Source: Gammaproteobacteria bacterium (lineage in GTDB: Bacteria; Pseudomonadota; Gammaproteobacteria; Eutrophobiales; Eutrophobiaceae). Taken from it: a DNA stretch of 64,000 bases. A program made the translations under genes and the position numbers. Below the pieces are notes generated by a model. The model did not search any database. It saw only the letters and a list, made by a program, of their open reading frames with translations, and was not told where the DNA came from. Positions 9,385 through 19,687 of this stretch are shown here, piece after piece (positions within the stretch are counted from its first letter, which is position 1; every line of letters starts with the position of its first letter). The stretch is from assembly GCA_965207165.1 (NCBI GenBank), contig OZ242265.1, forward strand, positions 3,627,373-3,691,372, in the 5' to 3' direction.

Positions 9385-10161
9385 TCAGCTTCCCGTGAAC
9401 CGGGGTTGCCTTTTTTCCAGGAACGCCGTGACTCCTTCCTTACAGTCGGCGCTGTCAAAACACAGGCGCTGCAGGGCGGCTTCGGCGCTGATGGCCTCTG
9501 CATAGCCGAGCGTCGAGGTCTGGCGCATCATTTTCTTGGTGCGCGCCAGCGCCAGCGGCGCTTTGCCGGCCAGCCTGCCGGCCCACTCCCGGGCTGTTTC
9601 CATCAGTTCGTCGTCTGCCGTTACCTTGTTGACCAGTCCCAGTTCCTTGCAACGCGCGGCAGGCATGCGCTCGTTCTCGACGGCCATTTCATAAGCGTTT
9701 TTGTACCCTGCAGCATGGGTCAGCAACCAGGTTGAACCGCCGTCCGGGATCAGGCCGATGGTGCCGAACGGACAGAGCAGGAAGGCATTTTCTCCCATCA
9801 CCGATAAATCGCACGCCAGGGCGTAGGACAGGCCGATGCCGGCCGCAAAACCGTTTATGGCGCTGATGACGGGTTTTTCCATTTCCGTAATGTCGATCAG
9901 GCTGGGCCTGTATTCTTCATTTACTATCCGCTCAACTTCTGCGCCGGTTTTGAACCCGGCTTTCAAATCCGCCCCGGCGCTGAAGGCGCGTCCGGCGCCG
10001 GTGAGTATGACGGCGCGTATCCCCGCATCGCCACGGGCCTGTGCGGTGGCGGCAGCCAGGTCGGCCCGCATCTCCCTGTCAAATGAATTCAATGCCGCGG
10101 GCCGGTTGAGCGTAATCGTGGCAATGGCCCCTTCGGTCTCGTATAAAACGCTGTTGGTCAT
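9385..10161 (-). CDS. Enoyl-CoA hydratase/isomerase (crotonase family).
   Basis: IATITLNRPAALNSF...GAGRAFSAGADL crotonase motifs. Confidence 0.85.
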   Translation of the reverse strand: MTNSVLYETEGAIATITLNRPAALNSFDREMRADLAAATAQARGDAGIRAVILTGAGRAFSAGADLKAGFKTGAEVERIVNEEYRPSLIDITEMEKPVISAINGFAAGIGLSYALACDLSVMGENAFLLCPFGTIGLIPDGGSTWLLTHAAGYKNAYEMAVENERMPAARCKELGLVNKVTADDELMETAREWAGRLAGKAPLALARTKKMMRQTSTLGYAEAISAEAALQRLCFDSADCKEGVTAFLEKRQPRFTGS

Positions 10162-10264
10162 GTTACAATCTCCTGTCCAAGAGGTTCTTATTATTCACGA
10201 ACCAGGCATTGAGTCCAGCGTATCGCGTAATAAGTTCGCAGATTGATACAAGAGATCAAAAAGA

Positions 10265-11398
10265 GTGGAACCGCCTCCCAAGACTGACCCGCTGTTGCTG
10301 ACGCCCGGACCGCTGACCACCTCCGCAACCGTCAAACAGGCCATGCTGCACGATTACGGTTCGCGGGATAAGCGGTTTATTGAACTGAACCGGCGCATCT
10401 GTAACGAACTGCTGGCACTGTGTGACGCCGGGCACTCGCACTTGTGCATCCCGCTCCAGGGCAGCGGTTCATTTGCGGTGGAGGCCATGATAGCCAACCA
10501 GGTCCCCGGGGAGGGGAAACTGCTGAACCTGGTCAACGGCGCCTATGGCCACCGGATCAGCGAGATCTGCAGTTACCTGGGGAGACGGGTCAGCGTGCTG
10601 GAGACCAGGGAAGACCGGCCTGTAGACGTGGCCGTCCTGGACCGCGCCCTGGCAGTGGATGAAGAGATTACCCACGTCGCAGTGGTTTACTGTGAGACCA
10701 CGTCGGGTATAGCGAATCCCGTTGCGGATATCGCGGAGGTGGTCGAAACTCACCGCCGCAGTTTACTGATCGACGCCATGAGCGCGTTCGGCGCGTTACC
10801 GCTGAGCGCCGCCGAAATCCCGTTTGCCGCCCTCGCCGCATCCGCCAACAAGTGCCTGGAGAGCGTACCGGGAATGGGGTTTGTCATCGCAGCCAGGGAA
10901 TCATTTCCCGCCACCGAAGGCAATGCGCACTCGACCAGCCTTGATCTCTACCGGCAATGGCGCTCCCTGGACGAAAGCGGCCAGTGGCGATTTACCCCGC
11001 CCGTCCATTGCCTGCTGGCGCTGGACCAGGCCTTGCTGGAACTCGAGGAAGAAGGTGGTGTGGCGGGACGCCGCAGGCGCTATGAAGAAAACTGCCGGGT
11101 ACTTGTAGAAGGCATGCGCGAGCTGGGTTTTGCCACCTTGCTGCCGGATGAATTACAGGCGCCGATCATCGTGACGTTTTTGCTGCCGGGCAATGACAGG
11201 TTCAGCTTTCCGGACTTTTATCGACGCTTGAATGACAGGGGTTATGTCATCTATCCCGGCAAGTTAACAGGTACGGACAGTTTCAGGATCGGCTGCATCG
11301 GCCACTTCGGCGCAGACCGGATGCAGGCGGCGGTAGCGGCGGTCAGGCAGGTGCTTGAGGAAATGGGCGTCGAAGGACAGAAAATTCCTAATTCGTAA
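10265..11398 (+). CDS. phnW: 2-aminoethylphosphonate--pyruvate transaminase.
   Basis: Contains the LLLTPGPLTTS hallmark and the SANKC PLP-lysine block. Similarity to enterobacterial PhnW runs along the whole length. Confidence 0.85.
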   Translation: MEPPPKTDPLLLTPGPLTTSATVKQAMLHDYGSRDKRFIELNRRICNELLALCDAGHSHLCIPLQGSGSFAVEAMIANQVPGEGKLLNLVNGAYGHRISEICSYLGRRVSVLETREDRPVDVAVLDRALAVDEEITHVAVVYCETTSGIANPVADIAEVVETHRRSLLIDAMSAFGALPLSAAEIPFAALAASANKCLESVPGMGFVIAARESFPATEGNAHSTSLDLYRQWRSLDESGQWRFTPPVHCLLALDQALLELEEEGGVAGRRRRYEENCRVLVEGMRELGFATLLPDELQAPIIVTFLLPGNDRFSFPDFYRRLNDRGYVIYPGKLTGTDSFRIGCIGHFGADRMQAAVAAVRQVLEEMGVEGQKIPNS

Positions 11399-11401
11399 TT
11401 A

Positions 11402-12487
11402 TCATTTATTCACCCTCCAGGTATCGCCGCTGTTGAGGTGTTTGAAAAAATCACCTCTCCCCAGTTGATTTTTCGCCTGTACGATCTGGTCGTCCAGCAA
11501 CTCGCCGTATAGGGGCTTATCTATGGAGCGGAACACGCCCAGGGGCACCGGAAAGTCGGGGGTTTCCAGTTGCGCCAGCAGATACGCAAGCGCCGAGCCG
11601 GCGGTTCCGGAAGCGGCCTCGTCGTGAATGAGGATTTCCGACCGGTCACTTTCATCGACGTTGATGACTTCCGGTTCCAGCGACCCGCTTGCACCGCCGC
11701 GTAATGAAATAGCCTTGTCGTTATTCTTTCCGAAAATTATGGGTTCGCCGTGCTGCAGGTAAACCGTGCGGTCGCTTTTTACGTCCTTGTGGGTGAAGTC
11801 TTTGAAGGCGCCGTCATTGAATACGTTGCAGTTCTGCAGTATTTCCATGAAGGCCGAACCCCTGTGCCTGGCCATACGCAGCAGCATTGTCCTTAAATGT
11901 TTGCTGTCGGTATCGATGGCGCGGGCCACGAAACCTGCCTTCGAGGCGATAGCTATCGACAGGGGATTGATGGGTTTTTCGACAGTGCCGAAGGGGCTGG
12001 ATTTCGTCTTTTTGCCCATTTCCGATGTCGGTGAGTATTGCCCCTTGGTCAGCCCGTAAATCTGGTTGTTGAACAGGATTATTTTGACGTCGATGTTCCT
12101 GCGCAGGCAGTGCATCAGGTGGTTGCCGCCGATACTCAGGCCGTCACCGTCGCCGGTGATGACCCACACCTGCAGGTCCGGGCGGGTGATCCTCAGGCCG
12201 CTGGCTATGGTCGGCGCGCGGCCGTGGATGGTATGGAAACCATAGTTGTTCATGTAATAGGGGAAACGGCTGGAACAGCCGATGCCGGATATGAATACCA
12301 CGTTCTCCCTGGGCAGGTTCAGTTCCCGGCAGATTTCCGGCATGGTCCGCTGCATCTGGGCCAGGATCGAATAATCGCCGCAACCGGGGCACCAGCGTAT
12401 GGTCTGGTCCGAAGTGAAATCCTTGCGCTCGTAGGTTGGCGCTGTATTGAAATCGGGGTCAGCCTGTATGTCGATTACCCTTGCCAT
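11402..12487 (-). CDS. korB: 2-oxoglutarate/2-oxoacid:ferredoxin oxidoreductase beta subunit (TPP-binding).
   Basis: Contains WCPGCGDYSIL and GDGDG TPP motifs. Confidence 0.85.
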   Translation of the reverse strand: MARVIDIQADPDFNTAPTYERKDFTSDQTIRWCPGCGDYSILAQMQRTMPEICRELNLPRENVVFISGIGCSSRFPYYMNNYGFHTIHGRAPTIASGLRITRPDLQVWVITGDGDGLSIGGNHLMHCLRRNIDVKIILFNNQIYGLTKGQYSPTSEMGKKTKSSPFGTVEKPINPLSIAIASKAGFVARAIDTDSKHLRTMLLRMARHRGSAFMEILQNCNVFNDGAFKDFTHKDVKSDRTVYLQHGEPIIFGKNNDKAISLRGGASGSLEPEVINVDESDRSEILIHDEAASGTAGSALAYLLAQLETPDFPVPLGVFRSIDKPLYGELLDDQIVQAKNQLGRGDFFKHLNSGDTWRVNK

Positions 12488-12516
12488 TTATTTGCTCATC
12501 ATATTGTCGTGATAAA

Positions 12517-14412
12517 TCAGCCGTGTGCCGCGCTGGGAAGCGTCGCGCCGAGGATCTCGTATATCTTTTCCTCGATCTCCATCGTGCTCAGGGGTTGACC
12601 CTGGACCTTGTTAAGCCCGATAGCGTCTACGAGAAATTCCGCCCGTAATATCATGCGTAATTGTCCAAGATTCAGTTCCGGCACCAGCACGTATTTGAAG
12701 TTGTTCAGTACCTCGCCCATGTTTTTCGGGAACGGGTTCAGGTAACGCACGTGCGCCCCGGCTACGGACAAGCCGTTTGCCTGTGCGTATTCGACGGCGT
12801 GGCGGCAGGCGCCCCTGGTGCTGCCCCAGCCCAGGACCAGCAGGTCCCCTGTTTGCGGTCCGTGTACGACCAGGTCGGGTATGTCGTCGGCGATGGCCTG
12901 TATTTTCGCGGCGCGCAGTTGCACCATGCGCTCATGGTTTTCGGAGTCGTAGCTGACGTGGCCGGTGATGTCCTCTTTTTCCAGGCCGCCGATGCGGTGT
13001 TCCAGTCCCGGGGTGCCCGGCACCACCCAGGCCCGGGCCAGGGTTTGCTCGTCCCGCGCATAAGGCGCGAAGGTCTCCGGGACCGTGCAGTAATTCTCTT
13101 CGAATTCGGGCAACTCGTCGGGTTCGGGGATGCGCCAGGGTTCGGAACCGTTCGCCAGGTAACCGTCGGACAGGAAGAATACGGGCGTCATGTACTTGAC
13201 GGCGATGCGGAATGCCTCGATAGCCAGGTTGAAGGATTCGCTCGGCGTTGTCGGTGCGATAATCGGCACGGGACATTCACCGTTGCGTCCGTGCAAGGCC
13301 TGCAGCAGGTCCGCCTGTTCGGTCTTGGTGGGCATCCCCGTGGATGGCCCCGCCCGTTGAATGTTGGCGATGACAACCGGCAGTTCCGTCATCACTGCCA
13401 GGCCGATTGCCTCGGACTTGAGGGCGACGCCGGGCCCGCTGGTGCCGGTCAGGCCCAGCGCCCCGCCGTAGGCCGCGCCGATTGCCATGCCGATGGCGGC
13501 GATTTCATCTTCTGCCTGGAAGGTCTTTACACCGAAGTGCCGTAATTTGGACAACTCGTGCAGGATGTCACTGGCGGGCGTGATCGGATAGGAAGCATAG
13601 AACAGGGAACGGCCGGACATCTCCGAGGCCGCAAGGAAGCCCAGGGCGGTCGCTTCATTGCCGCTGATCCGCCGGTAGTTCCCGGGCGGCAGCACGGCTT
13701 TGCTTACCCGAAAACGCGCGGTAAACACTTCGACCGTGTCGGCGTAGTTGTATCCTGCCTGCAGCGCCAGCTTGTTGGCTTCGGCAAGTTCCGGTTTCTT
13801 TTTGGCGAACAGCCGATCGACGCGTTCGATAATATCTTCAATGGAACGGTCATACATCCATGCGATGATGCCCAGGGTGAACATGTTCTTGCTCAGGGCC
13901 GCCTGTTTGCGCGTCAACCAGGATGATTTGACGGCAGCGACCGTCAGCGAAGTAATGGGCAGGTCGTATACCTGGTAGCCTGACAGGGACTCATCTTTCC
14001 TGGGGTCGCTCGCGTAGCCGGCTTTTTTCAGGCCCTGCTCGTCGAATGCATCGTGATTCAATATCAGGACGCCGCCGTGCCTGACCTCTTTCAGGTTGAT
14101 TTTCAGGGCAGCGGGGTTGAGCGCCACCAGGACATCGGGTTTGTCCCCGGGTGTATGGATGTCGTAAGAGGAAAAATTAAGCTGAAAATTACTGACGCCC
14201 GCCAGGGTGCCGGCAGGCGCGCGGATCTCGGCGGGGAAATCCGGTAAGGTGCTGATGTCATGGCCGACAATCGCCGAGTCATGGCTGAACAGGGCGCCCG
14301 TCGTCTGGATGCCGTCGCCGGAATCTCCGGCAAAACGGATAATGACATTTTCAATTTCAAACATACCAAGAGACGGGTCCTGTACCCGGCCCCTGGATTT
14401 TCTATAGCTCAT
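12517..14412 (-). CDS. korA: 2-oxoglutarate/2-oxoacid:ferredoxin oxidoreductase alpha subunit.
   Basis: The FAGDSGDGIQTTG N-terminal block. The start is moved to the ATG at 14412, which has a GAGG RBS. Confidence 0.8.
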   Translation of the reverse strand: MSYRKSRGRVQDPSLGMFEIENVIIRFAGDSGDGIQTTGALFSHDSAIVGHDISTLPDFPAEIRAPAGTLAGVSNFQLNFSSYDIHTPGDKPDVLVALNPAALKINLKEVRHGGVLILNHDAFDEQGLKKAGYASDPRKDESLSGYQVYDLPITSLTVAAVKSSWLTRKQAALSKNMFTLGIIAWMYDRSIEDIIERVDRLFAKKKPELAEANKLALQAGYNYADTVEVFTARFRVSKAVLPPGNYRRISGNEATALGFLAASEMSGRSLFYASYPITPASDILHELSKLRHFGVKTFQAEDEIAAIGMAIGAAYGGALGLTGTSGPGVALKSEAIGLAVMTELPVVIANIQRAGPSTGMPTKTEQADLLQALHGRNGECPVPIIAPTTPSESFNLAIEAFRIAVKYMTPVFFLSDGYLANGSEPWRIPEPDELPEFEENYCTVPETFAPYARDEQTLARAWVVPGTPGLEHRIGGLEKEDITGHVSYDSENHERMVQLRAAKIQAIADDIPDLVVHGPQTGDLLVLGWGSTRGACRHAVEYAQANGLSVAGAHVRYLNPFPKNMGEVLNNFKYVLVPELNLGQLRMILRAEFLVDAIGLNKVQGQPLSTMEIEEKIYEILGATLPSAAHG

Positions 14413-14492
14413 CTGCCTCATAGAAAGGTCCAACAACGGCATATATTGTACTATGTCTGCAGAAATTTTACTACATCAAGTTACCACGCCAA

Positions 14493-14540
14493 CGTCGTTC
14501 CTGCTTGCGCAGGGATGAAGGATAAGCGCAGCAATGACGG
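14493..14540. repeat. REP-like palindromic element, family B copy 1 (cgtcgttcctgcttgcgcagg-atga-gg).
   Basis: Near-identical cores at 34127-34173 and 37948-37976. This copy is intergenic, in the divergent region between korA and the transporter gene. Confidence 0.7.
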
Positions 14541-14602
14541 GGGGTGGTGCGCCTGGGCAGGGACGGATAGTGTATCATTATCCCCGATACAGCAGCAGGA
14601 CA

Positions 14603-16135
14603 ATGTCCATGACCGAGGACCGAACCAACAATAACAGGGCTACGCCGGATTCACGCGCTTCGGACCCTTCCCAATTACCGGCATCTCCCGGCACCGGCCC
14701 GGCGTGGAACGTAACCGACCTGCCTGTACCACCCGATTTCAATTTCCGCAACGCGCTCAGGATCATCGGCCCGGGCGCCATCGTCCTGTCCATGTCCATC
14801 GGCCTTGGGGAGTGGGTGCTGGGTCCCCTGGTCGTGACGCAATACGGTTTCACCATGCTCTGGGTGGTGACCGTCGCCATTATTTTACAGCTTGCTCTGA
14901 ACCTCGAATTTATCCGCTACACGGTGTATACGGGAGAACCTGTCATCAACGGGTTTTTGCGACTCGCTCCCCATCCGCTGTTCTGGGGCGGGATATATAT
15001 CCTGTTTTCCCTGTTTCATGCCGGCTGGCCGGCCTGGGCCGCGGCTTCTGCGGCGCCGTTGTTTGCCGGCTTTACCGGCCATATGCCGGGGCCGGGAGAT
15101 GAATCCATCATGCGCTGGCTGGGCATAATCAACCTGCTTGTCTGTGCTGCCATAGTCGCATTCGGCAACAAGGTCGAGCGCACCCTGGAAATAGTCAACT
15201 GGTTCATGGTGATATTCGTATTCGGTTTCCTGTTGTTCGTATGCCTGTTGCTCGTGCCTGCGGAGACCTGGTGGGCGGGTGTCCTGGGCTTTTTCGGTTT
15301 GACGCCCGGGTTCGAATTCCTGTTGATCCCGGATAATGTGAGCTGGATACTGGTCGGTGGTTTTGCCGCATTCGCCGGGGCGGGAGGCATGGCCAACCTC
15401 ACCGTGAGCAATTACATGCGGGACAAGGGGATAGGCATGGGGCGCGAGGTCGGTTATATCCCGACCCTGGTAGGCGGCAGGAAGGTAGTGGTCTCACCCG
15501 TCGGAAGTGTCTTCCCTGCGAACGAGACCAACATGGCGCGCTGGCGGGTGTGGTGGCAGTACGTACGCTGTGACCAGATACTGGTCTGGGCCGCGGGTTG
15601 TTTTGTCGGCATGTTCCTTAACTGCATCCTGGCGGCCCATGTCGTTCCCGCGGGCACGGAATTGAGCGGCCTGGCCATCGGCGCGTTCCAGGCCGAATAC
15701 CTGGCCCGCGAGGGCGGCGAGTTACTGGGTTTCGTTACCCTGGTAAACGGCTTCTGGATACTGTTCGGCAGCCAGTTGGTAACCATCGACATGATGGCGC
15801 GTATCAATACCGATCTCATCTGGAGTATGAGCGGGCGCATCAGGGGCATGGCCGGCAACGACATCAGGCGCCTGTATTATTGCCTGCTGGGCGCCTTCGT
15901 GCTGTGGGGCTGCATCGCCATCAACCTGGCCCAGCCCAGGGCGCTGGTACTGATTTCCTCCAACGTCGCCGGGTTTATCCTGGTCGTCAGCGCCGTGCAT
16001 ATCCTGCTGCTCAACCACATGGCCCTGCCCCGGGCCGTCAGGAGTCCCTTGTGGGCGCGCGGGCTGGTTGGCTGCACCGCCCTGTTCTACGGTTTCTTTT
16101 TCGTTCAGAACCTGCTGGAACTTTTTGGGGGGTAA
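14603..16135 (+). CDS. Nramp-related polytopic membrane transporter (about 11-12 TM helices).
   Basis: Highly hydrophobic throughout, with a GPGAIVLSMSIGLGEW block resembling Nramp/MntH. The ATG at 14603 has an AGGA RBS. Confidence 0.55.
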   Translation: MSMTEDRTNNNRATPDSRASDPSQLPASPGTGPAWNVTDLPVPPDFNFRNALRIIGPGAIVLSMSIGLGEWVLGPLVVTQYGFTMLWVVTVAIILQLALNLEFIRYTVYTGEPVINGFLRLAPHPLFWGGIYILFSLFHAGWPAWAAASAAPLFAGFTGHMPGPGDESIMRWLGIINLLVCAAIVAFGNKVERTLEIVNWFMVIFVFGFLLFVCLLLVPAETWWAGVLGFFGLTPGFEFLLIPDNVSWILVGGFAAFAGAGGMANLTVSNYMRDKGIGMGREVGYIPTLVGGRKVVVSPVGSVFPANETNMARWRVWWQYVRCDQILVWAAGCFVGMFLNCILAAHVVPAGTELSGLAIGAFQAEYLAREGGELLGFVTLVNGFWILFGSQLVTIDMMARINTDLIWSMSGRIRGMAGNDIRRLYYCLLGAFVLWGCIAINLAQPRALVLISSNVAGFILVVSAVHILLLNHMALPRAVRSPLWARGLVGCTALFYGFFFVQNLLELFGG

Positions 16136-16641
16136 TTCCCTGCGTCCGGTTTGTGTTCCCATATATTCGACGCAAAGGTCCTTCTGATCCCCTTTGTAAC
16201 CGGAGCCACCCTGTGGTATTGAGACGAGTCAAATATAATCAGCCTGTTTGGCAGGGGTTCAATTCTTTCCAGCATTTCCTGGTGTATCAGTTCCAGGTTT
16301 CCGTCACCAGGCGTTTCTGTATGTCCATATAACACAGAGCCGATTACGGGAGATTTAATATCGTTGTGTTCTTCGTAGAGTTTTTCATCCTTATCGACAT
16401 GCCAGTCCAGGTCTTTGCTTCCGGTTGGACTTAAAATGTTAGTCCAATACTCTATTCCATCGAAGGAAGCCATCAGGGGCCGCATGGGCCGCCAGATTTT
16501 TTCCAGGATATGTTCCCAGATACAATTCTCATCATAGCAATCCCTGTCTACCCAGGTGTAATCCAGGGACTTTTTCCAGTTTCTGTCATCACAGAACAAT
16601 GTTAATTCATCATTGTCCAGAAAGTTATCCAGAATAATCAT
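16105..16641 (-). CDS. 2OG-Fe(II) oxygenase superfamily protein (prolyl-4-hydroxylase-like); low-GC, probably horizontally acquired.
   Basis: Contains HVD...H (His-x-Asp...His) spacing and an IILDNFL N-terminus like P4H-type oxygenases. The local GC is far below that of the flanks. Confidence 0.5.
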   Translation of the reverse strand: MIILDNFLDNDELTLFCDDRNWKKSLDYTWVDRDCYDENCIWEHILEKIWRPMRPLMASFDGIEYWTNILSPTGSKDLDWHVDKDEKLYEEHNDIKSPVIGSVLYGHTETPGDGNLELIHQEMLERIEPLPNRLIIFDSSQYHRVAPVTKGIRRTFASNIWEHKPDAGNYPPKSSSRF

Positions 16642-16799
16642 CGTTCGGTTGTTTTCCCGGAAGTGTTGTGATTCCGCATAGCGGCCATATTCAGTCGATC
16701 TGCTCCAGTCTGTATATTAGTCCAGGTCATATGGGGTTAAGTTCAGTTTCCGTATCCTGGAACTGGGCGGATACATAATTCTTATCGATATGTCCGTGT

Positions 16800-17399
16800 G
16801 TGTCGAGTCTCACACGGCGCGCCTTATCTGATATATTAACGGCCATGTCACTCAGCCGCAGGAACTTCATCAGGCAATCAGGACTTGCTCTTACCTTCAC
16901 CGTGGCAGGCAGGACGCTGCTGCTCACCCCGCGTGAAGCTTATGCAAGGGAGATGCCGTTTTCAGTCCTGGACCGGGCGGAAGTCGAAACCCTGGAAGCG
17001 ATCTGCGATCACCTGTTGCCCGGCGCCGGGGCGAACGGCGTGGCGCATTTCGTCGACCACCAGTTACCGCTTGACCCGGACGACAGCCTGTTGTTCATCA
17101 AGTGGTTTAACGTAGAGCCGCCCTATCTCGATTTTTACCGGCCGGCACTGGCGGAAATAAGCCGTGTGTGTGAAACGGTTTATGGAAAAAGTATCACCGA
17201 CCTGGACCGGTCCGGCGCGGCAGCGCTGATCGAATCGTTGCGGGACGGGAACGTGCCCGGCTGGAACGGCCCGCCGCCGCCGCTGGTGTATCACGCCCTG
17301 CGCAATGACGCGGTGGACGTGGTGTACGGCACCATGGAAGGCTTTGCCGAGCTGGGTATTCCCTACCTGGCGCATATCGAACCGCCGCGGGCGTGGTGA
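16800..17399 (+). CDS. Small Tat-signal subunit of a GMC/gluconate-2-dehydrogenase-type flavoprotein dehydrogenase.
   Basis: A twin-arginine motif SRRNFIRQSGLAL, and the gene sits immediately upstream of the FAD subunit. Confidence 0.65.
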   Translation: MSSLTRRALSDILTAMSLSRRNFIRQSGLALTFTVAGRTLLLTPREAYAREMPFSVLDRAEVETLEAICDHLLPGAGANGVAHFVDHQLPLDPDDSLLFIKWFNVEPPYLDFYRPALAEISRVCETVYGKSITDLDRSGAAALIESLRDGNVPGWNGPPPPLVYHALRNDAVDVVYGTMEGFAELGIPYLAHIEPPRAW

Positions 17400-17400
17400 T

Positions 17401-18972
17401 GTGAAAAGTCCCGAAAAAGTGGATGTGGTAATCGTCGGCAGCGGCGCGGCCGGCAGTGTTTATGCGGCCGTATTTGCCGAGGCCGGCAAGAGTGTCCTGG
17501 TGCTGGAGAAAGGCACTGACCGCAAACTGACCGATTTATACAGTTCGCAGATCTGGGCCAGGCGCCTGAAGTGGGGCGCGCCCCACGTGTTTGAAGCAGG
17601 CAAGGACAGCATCTGGTATAACTTCAATGCCGGCAACGGCTACGGCGGCGCGGCAATGCATCACTACGGCGTCTGGCCGAGATACCACCCGGAAGACCTG
17701 CAGGAGCACTCGCGCTTTGGCAAGGGACTGGACTGGCCCCTGGAATACGAGCAACTCCGCCCCTGGTACGACCAGGTCCAGGCAGACGTTGGCATGTCCG
17801 GCGATGCGGAACAGGAAATCTGGCGGCCGCCGGGAGCGCCTTACCCATTGCCGCCCCTGCCCGTATTCGTGCATGGCGAGGTCCTGGCGCGCGGCTTCGC
17901 TGCGCTGGACCTGCGCACGTCGCCTATCCCGGTAGCCATACTGTCACAGGATTACAAGGGAAGACCGGCCTGTATTTATGACAGCTGGTGCGATGCGGGG
18001 TGTCCCACCGGCGCCCTGGCCAACCCTCTGGTCGAATACCTGCCCAGGGCGACCGCGGCAGGCGCCGTGTTACAGCCCGATAGCTACGTTACCCGGGTGT
18101 TGACGGACCGGAACGGGAAGAAAGCCACGGGAGTCGAATACTATGACAAAACCGGGGAACGCCATGAGCAGTTGGCGGACGCGGTGGTCGTCGCCGCGTT
18201 CACCGTTGAGAACTGCCGTATCTTGCTGAACTCGGCGACCGGTAACCATCCCGGGGGCCTGGGTAACTCAAGCGATACGCTGGGCCGTTACCTGATGTCC
18301 CACCCTGCCGTCAATATCTTCGGCATGTTCAGGGAGGAGACGCATTGTTACCAGGGCGTGTCCGGCGGCCAGTTATTCAGCCAGGATGGTTTCGACAAGG
18401 ATAAAGGCAAGGAGATATTCGGCAGCCGGCAATGGGAGATCGGCCTGGGCACCAAACCGAATGACCTGCTGGGTATTGCCATGAGCCGGGCAGAGCTGTT
18501 CGGGAACGATCTGCACGATTTCGTCAAACGGGGCAGCCGCCACTTCGGCGCCATGGTCGGGGTCTGCGAATGCCTGCCCCACGAGGACAACCGCATCGAG
18601 CTTACAGACACCAGGGACAGGTTCGGAATGCGCCTGGCGCGTTCCACCTTCAACCTGGATGACTATGCGCGCAACCTCTGGCGGGAAACGGCTGACCTGG
18701 GCGTGGAGATCTTCAAGGCCGCCGGCGCAATCGAAGCCTGGCACAGTCCTCCGGGCGGGCAGCACATCATGGGCGGCACCATCATGGGCAGGGACAGGAA
18801 TACCTCGGTGACCAACGAGTATGCGCAACTGCACGATGTACCCAATGTCATAATTGGCGGCCCCAGCGTCTTCCCTACCAGTTCCAGTGTCAACTCCACC
18901 TTCACCGCCCACGCAGTCGCGCTACGCTCTGCCAGGCAGATAGCCGAGCACTGGGGCGGACTGCTTGCCTGA
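17401..18972 (+). CDS. GMC family FAD-dependent oxidoreductase, large subunit.
   Basis: The DVVIVGSGAAGSVYA dinucleotide-binding motif sits about 10 aa after a GTG start that directly follows the upstream stop. Confidence 0.8.
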   Translation: MKSPEKVDVVIVGSGAAGSVYAAVFAEAGKSVLVLEKGTDRKLTDLYSSQIWARRLKWGAPHVFEAGKDSIWYNFNAGNGYGGAAMHHYGVWPRYHPEDLQEHSRFGKGLDWPLEYEQLRPWYDQVQADVGMSGDAEQEIWRPPGAPYPLPPLPVFVHGEVLARGFAALDLRTSPIPVAILSQDYKGRPACIYDSWCDAGCPTGALANPLVEYLPRATAAGAVLQPDSYVTRVLTDRNGKKATGVEYYDKTGERHEQLADAVVVAAFTVENCRILLNSATGNHPGGLGNSSDTLGRYLMSHPAVNIFGMFREETHCYQGVSGGQLFSQDGFDKDKGKEIFGSRQWEIGLGTKPNDLLGIAMSRAELFGNDLHDFVKRGSRHFGAMVGVCECLPHEDNRIELTDTRDRFGMRLARSTFNLDDYARNLWRETADLGVEIFKAAGAIEAWHSPPGGQHIMGGTIMGRDRNTSVTNEYAQLHDVPNVIIGGPSVFPTSSSVNSTFTAHAVALRSARQIAEHWGGLLA

Positions 18973-19050
18973 ACGGCATCCTTTATTTTTATTGAGGCTG
19001 TTTTATAATCAACAATCCCGTTTCAGACCAGGATTTTAAGGAGACATGTT

Positions 19051-19632
19051 ATGAGATTAAAACGTATTCTGTGTATCGTACTGCTTTCTTCCCCCTTCTT
19101 AGTGCTTAGCAGAGGCGCCGTTGCGGCTGAATACGAAATTGACATTGAAGGTATGCACGCAGCAATCCAGTTCCGGATCATTCACCTTGGCTACAGCGTT
19201 TTGACCGGCCGCTTTAACGACTTCGGCGGCAGCTTCACTTGGGACAAGGACAATCCCGGGGCTTCATCGGTCAACGTGACGATTCAAACGGCCAGTCTCG
19301 ATTCAAACCATGCGGAACGGGATAAGCACCTCCGGGAAGCGGATTTCCTGGACGTGGAAAAATACCCGGAAGCGACCTTCAAGAGCACGAGCTACAACGG
19401 TGATGCAAGCGCCGGTGAGCTGGATGGAATACTGACCCTGCACGGCGTCAGCAAGCCCATCACTATAGATATCGAATTTATCGGCGAAGGGGATGATCCC
19501 TGGGGCGGCTATCGCGCCGGTTTTGAGGGCAATGTGACATTACGCCGTTCGGATTTCGGCATGATGTATGATCTCGGCCCCAGGTCGGACGAGATGGAAC
19601 TGGACCTGTATATCGAGGGTGTAAGGAAATAG
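19051..19632 (+). CDS. yceI: YceI-family periplasmic polyisoprenoid-binding protein.
   Basis: A signal peptide plus YceI-like sequence, paired with a downstream cytochrome b561 as in the yceIJ operon. Confidence 0.8.
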   Translation: MRLKRILCIVLLSSPFLVLSRGAVAAEYEIDIEGMHAAIQFRIIHLGYSVLTGRFNDFGGSFTWDKDNPGASSVNVTIQTASLDSNHAERDKHLREADFLDVEKYPEATFKSTSYNGDASAGELDGILTLHGVSKPITIDIEFIGEGDDPWGGYRAGFEGNVTLRRSDFGMMYDLGPRSDEMELDLYIEGVRK

Positions 19633-19661
19633 CAGCGACGAGAACCAGATTGGGGACAGAT

Positions 19662-19686
19662 TTCAAATCTGTCCCCGGCGCTTTTG
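19662..19686. repeat. REP-like perfect palindrome, family A copy 1 (GGGGACAGATTTCAAATCTGTCCCC).
   Basis: The reverse-complement copy occurs at 55902-55924. This copy is followed by a T-run, so it may also act as the yceI terminator. Confidence 0.75.
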
Positions 19687-19687
19687 G

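Noticed and set aside
9378-9503. An ATG start for mtnA at 9503 that overlaps the crotonase gene by 120 nt.
   Set aside because: The N-terminal 42 aa do not resemble MtnA. A GTG at 9377 with an RBS matches the homolog start.
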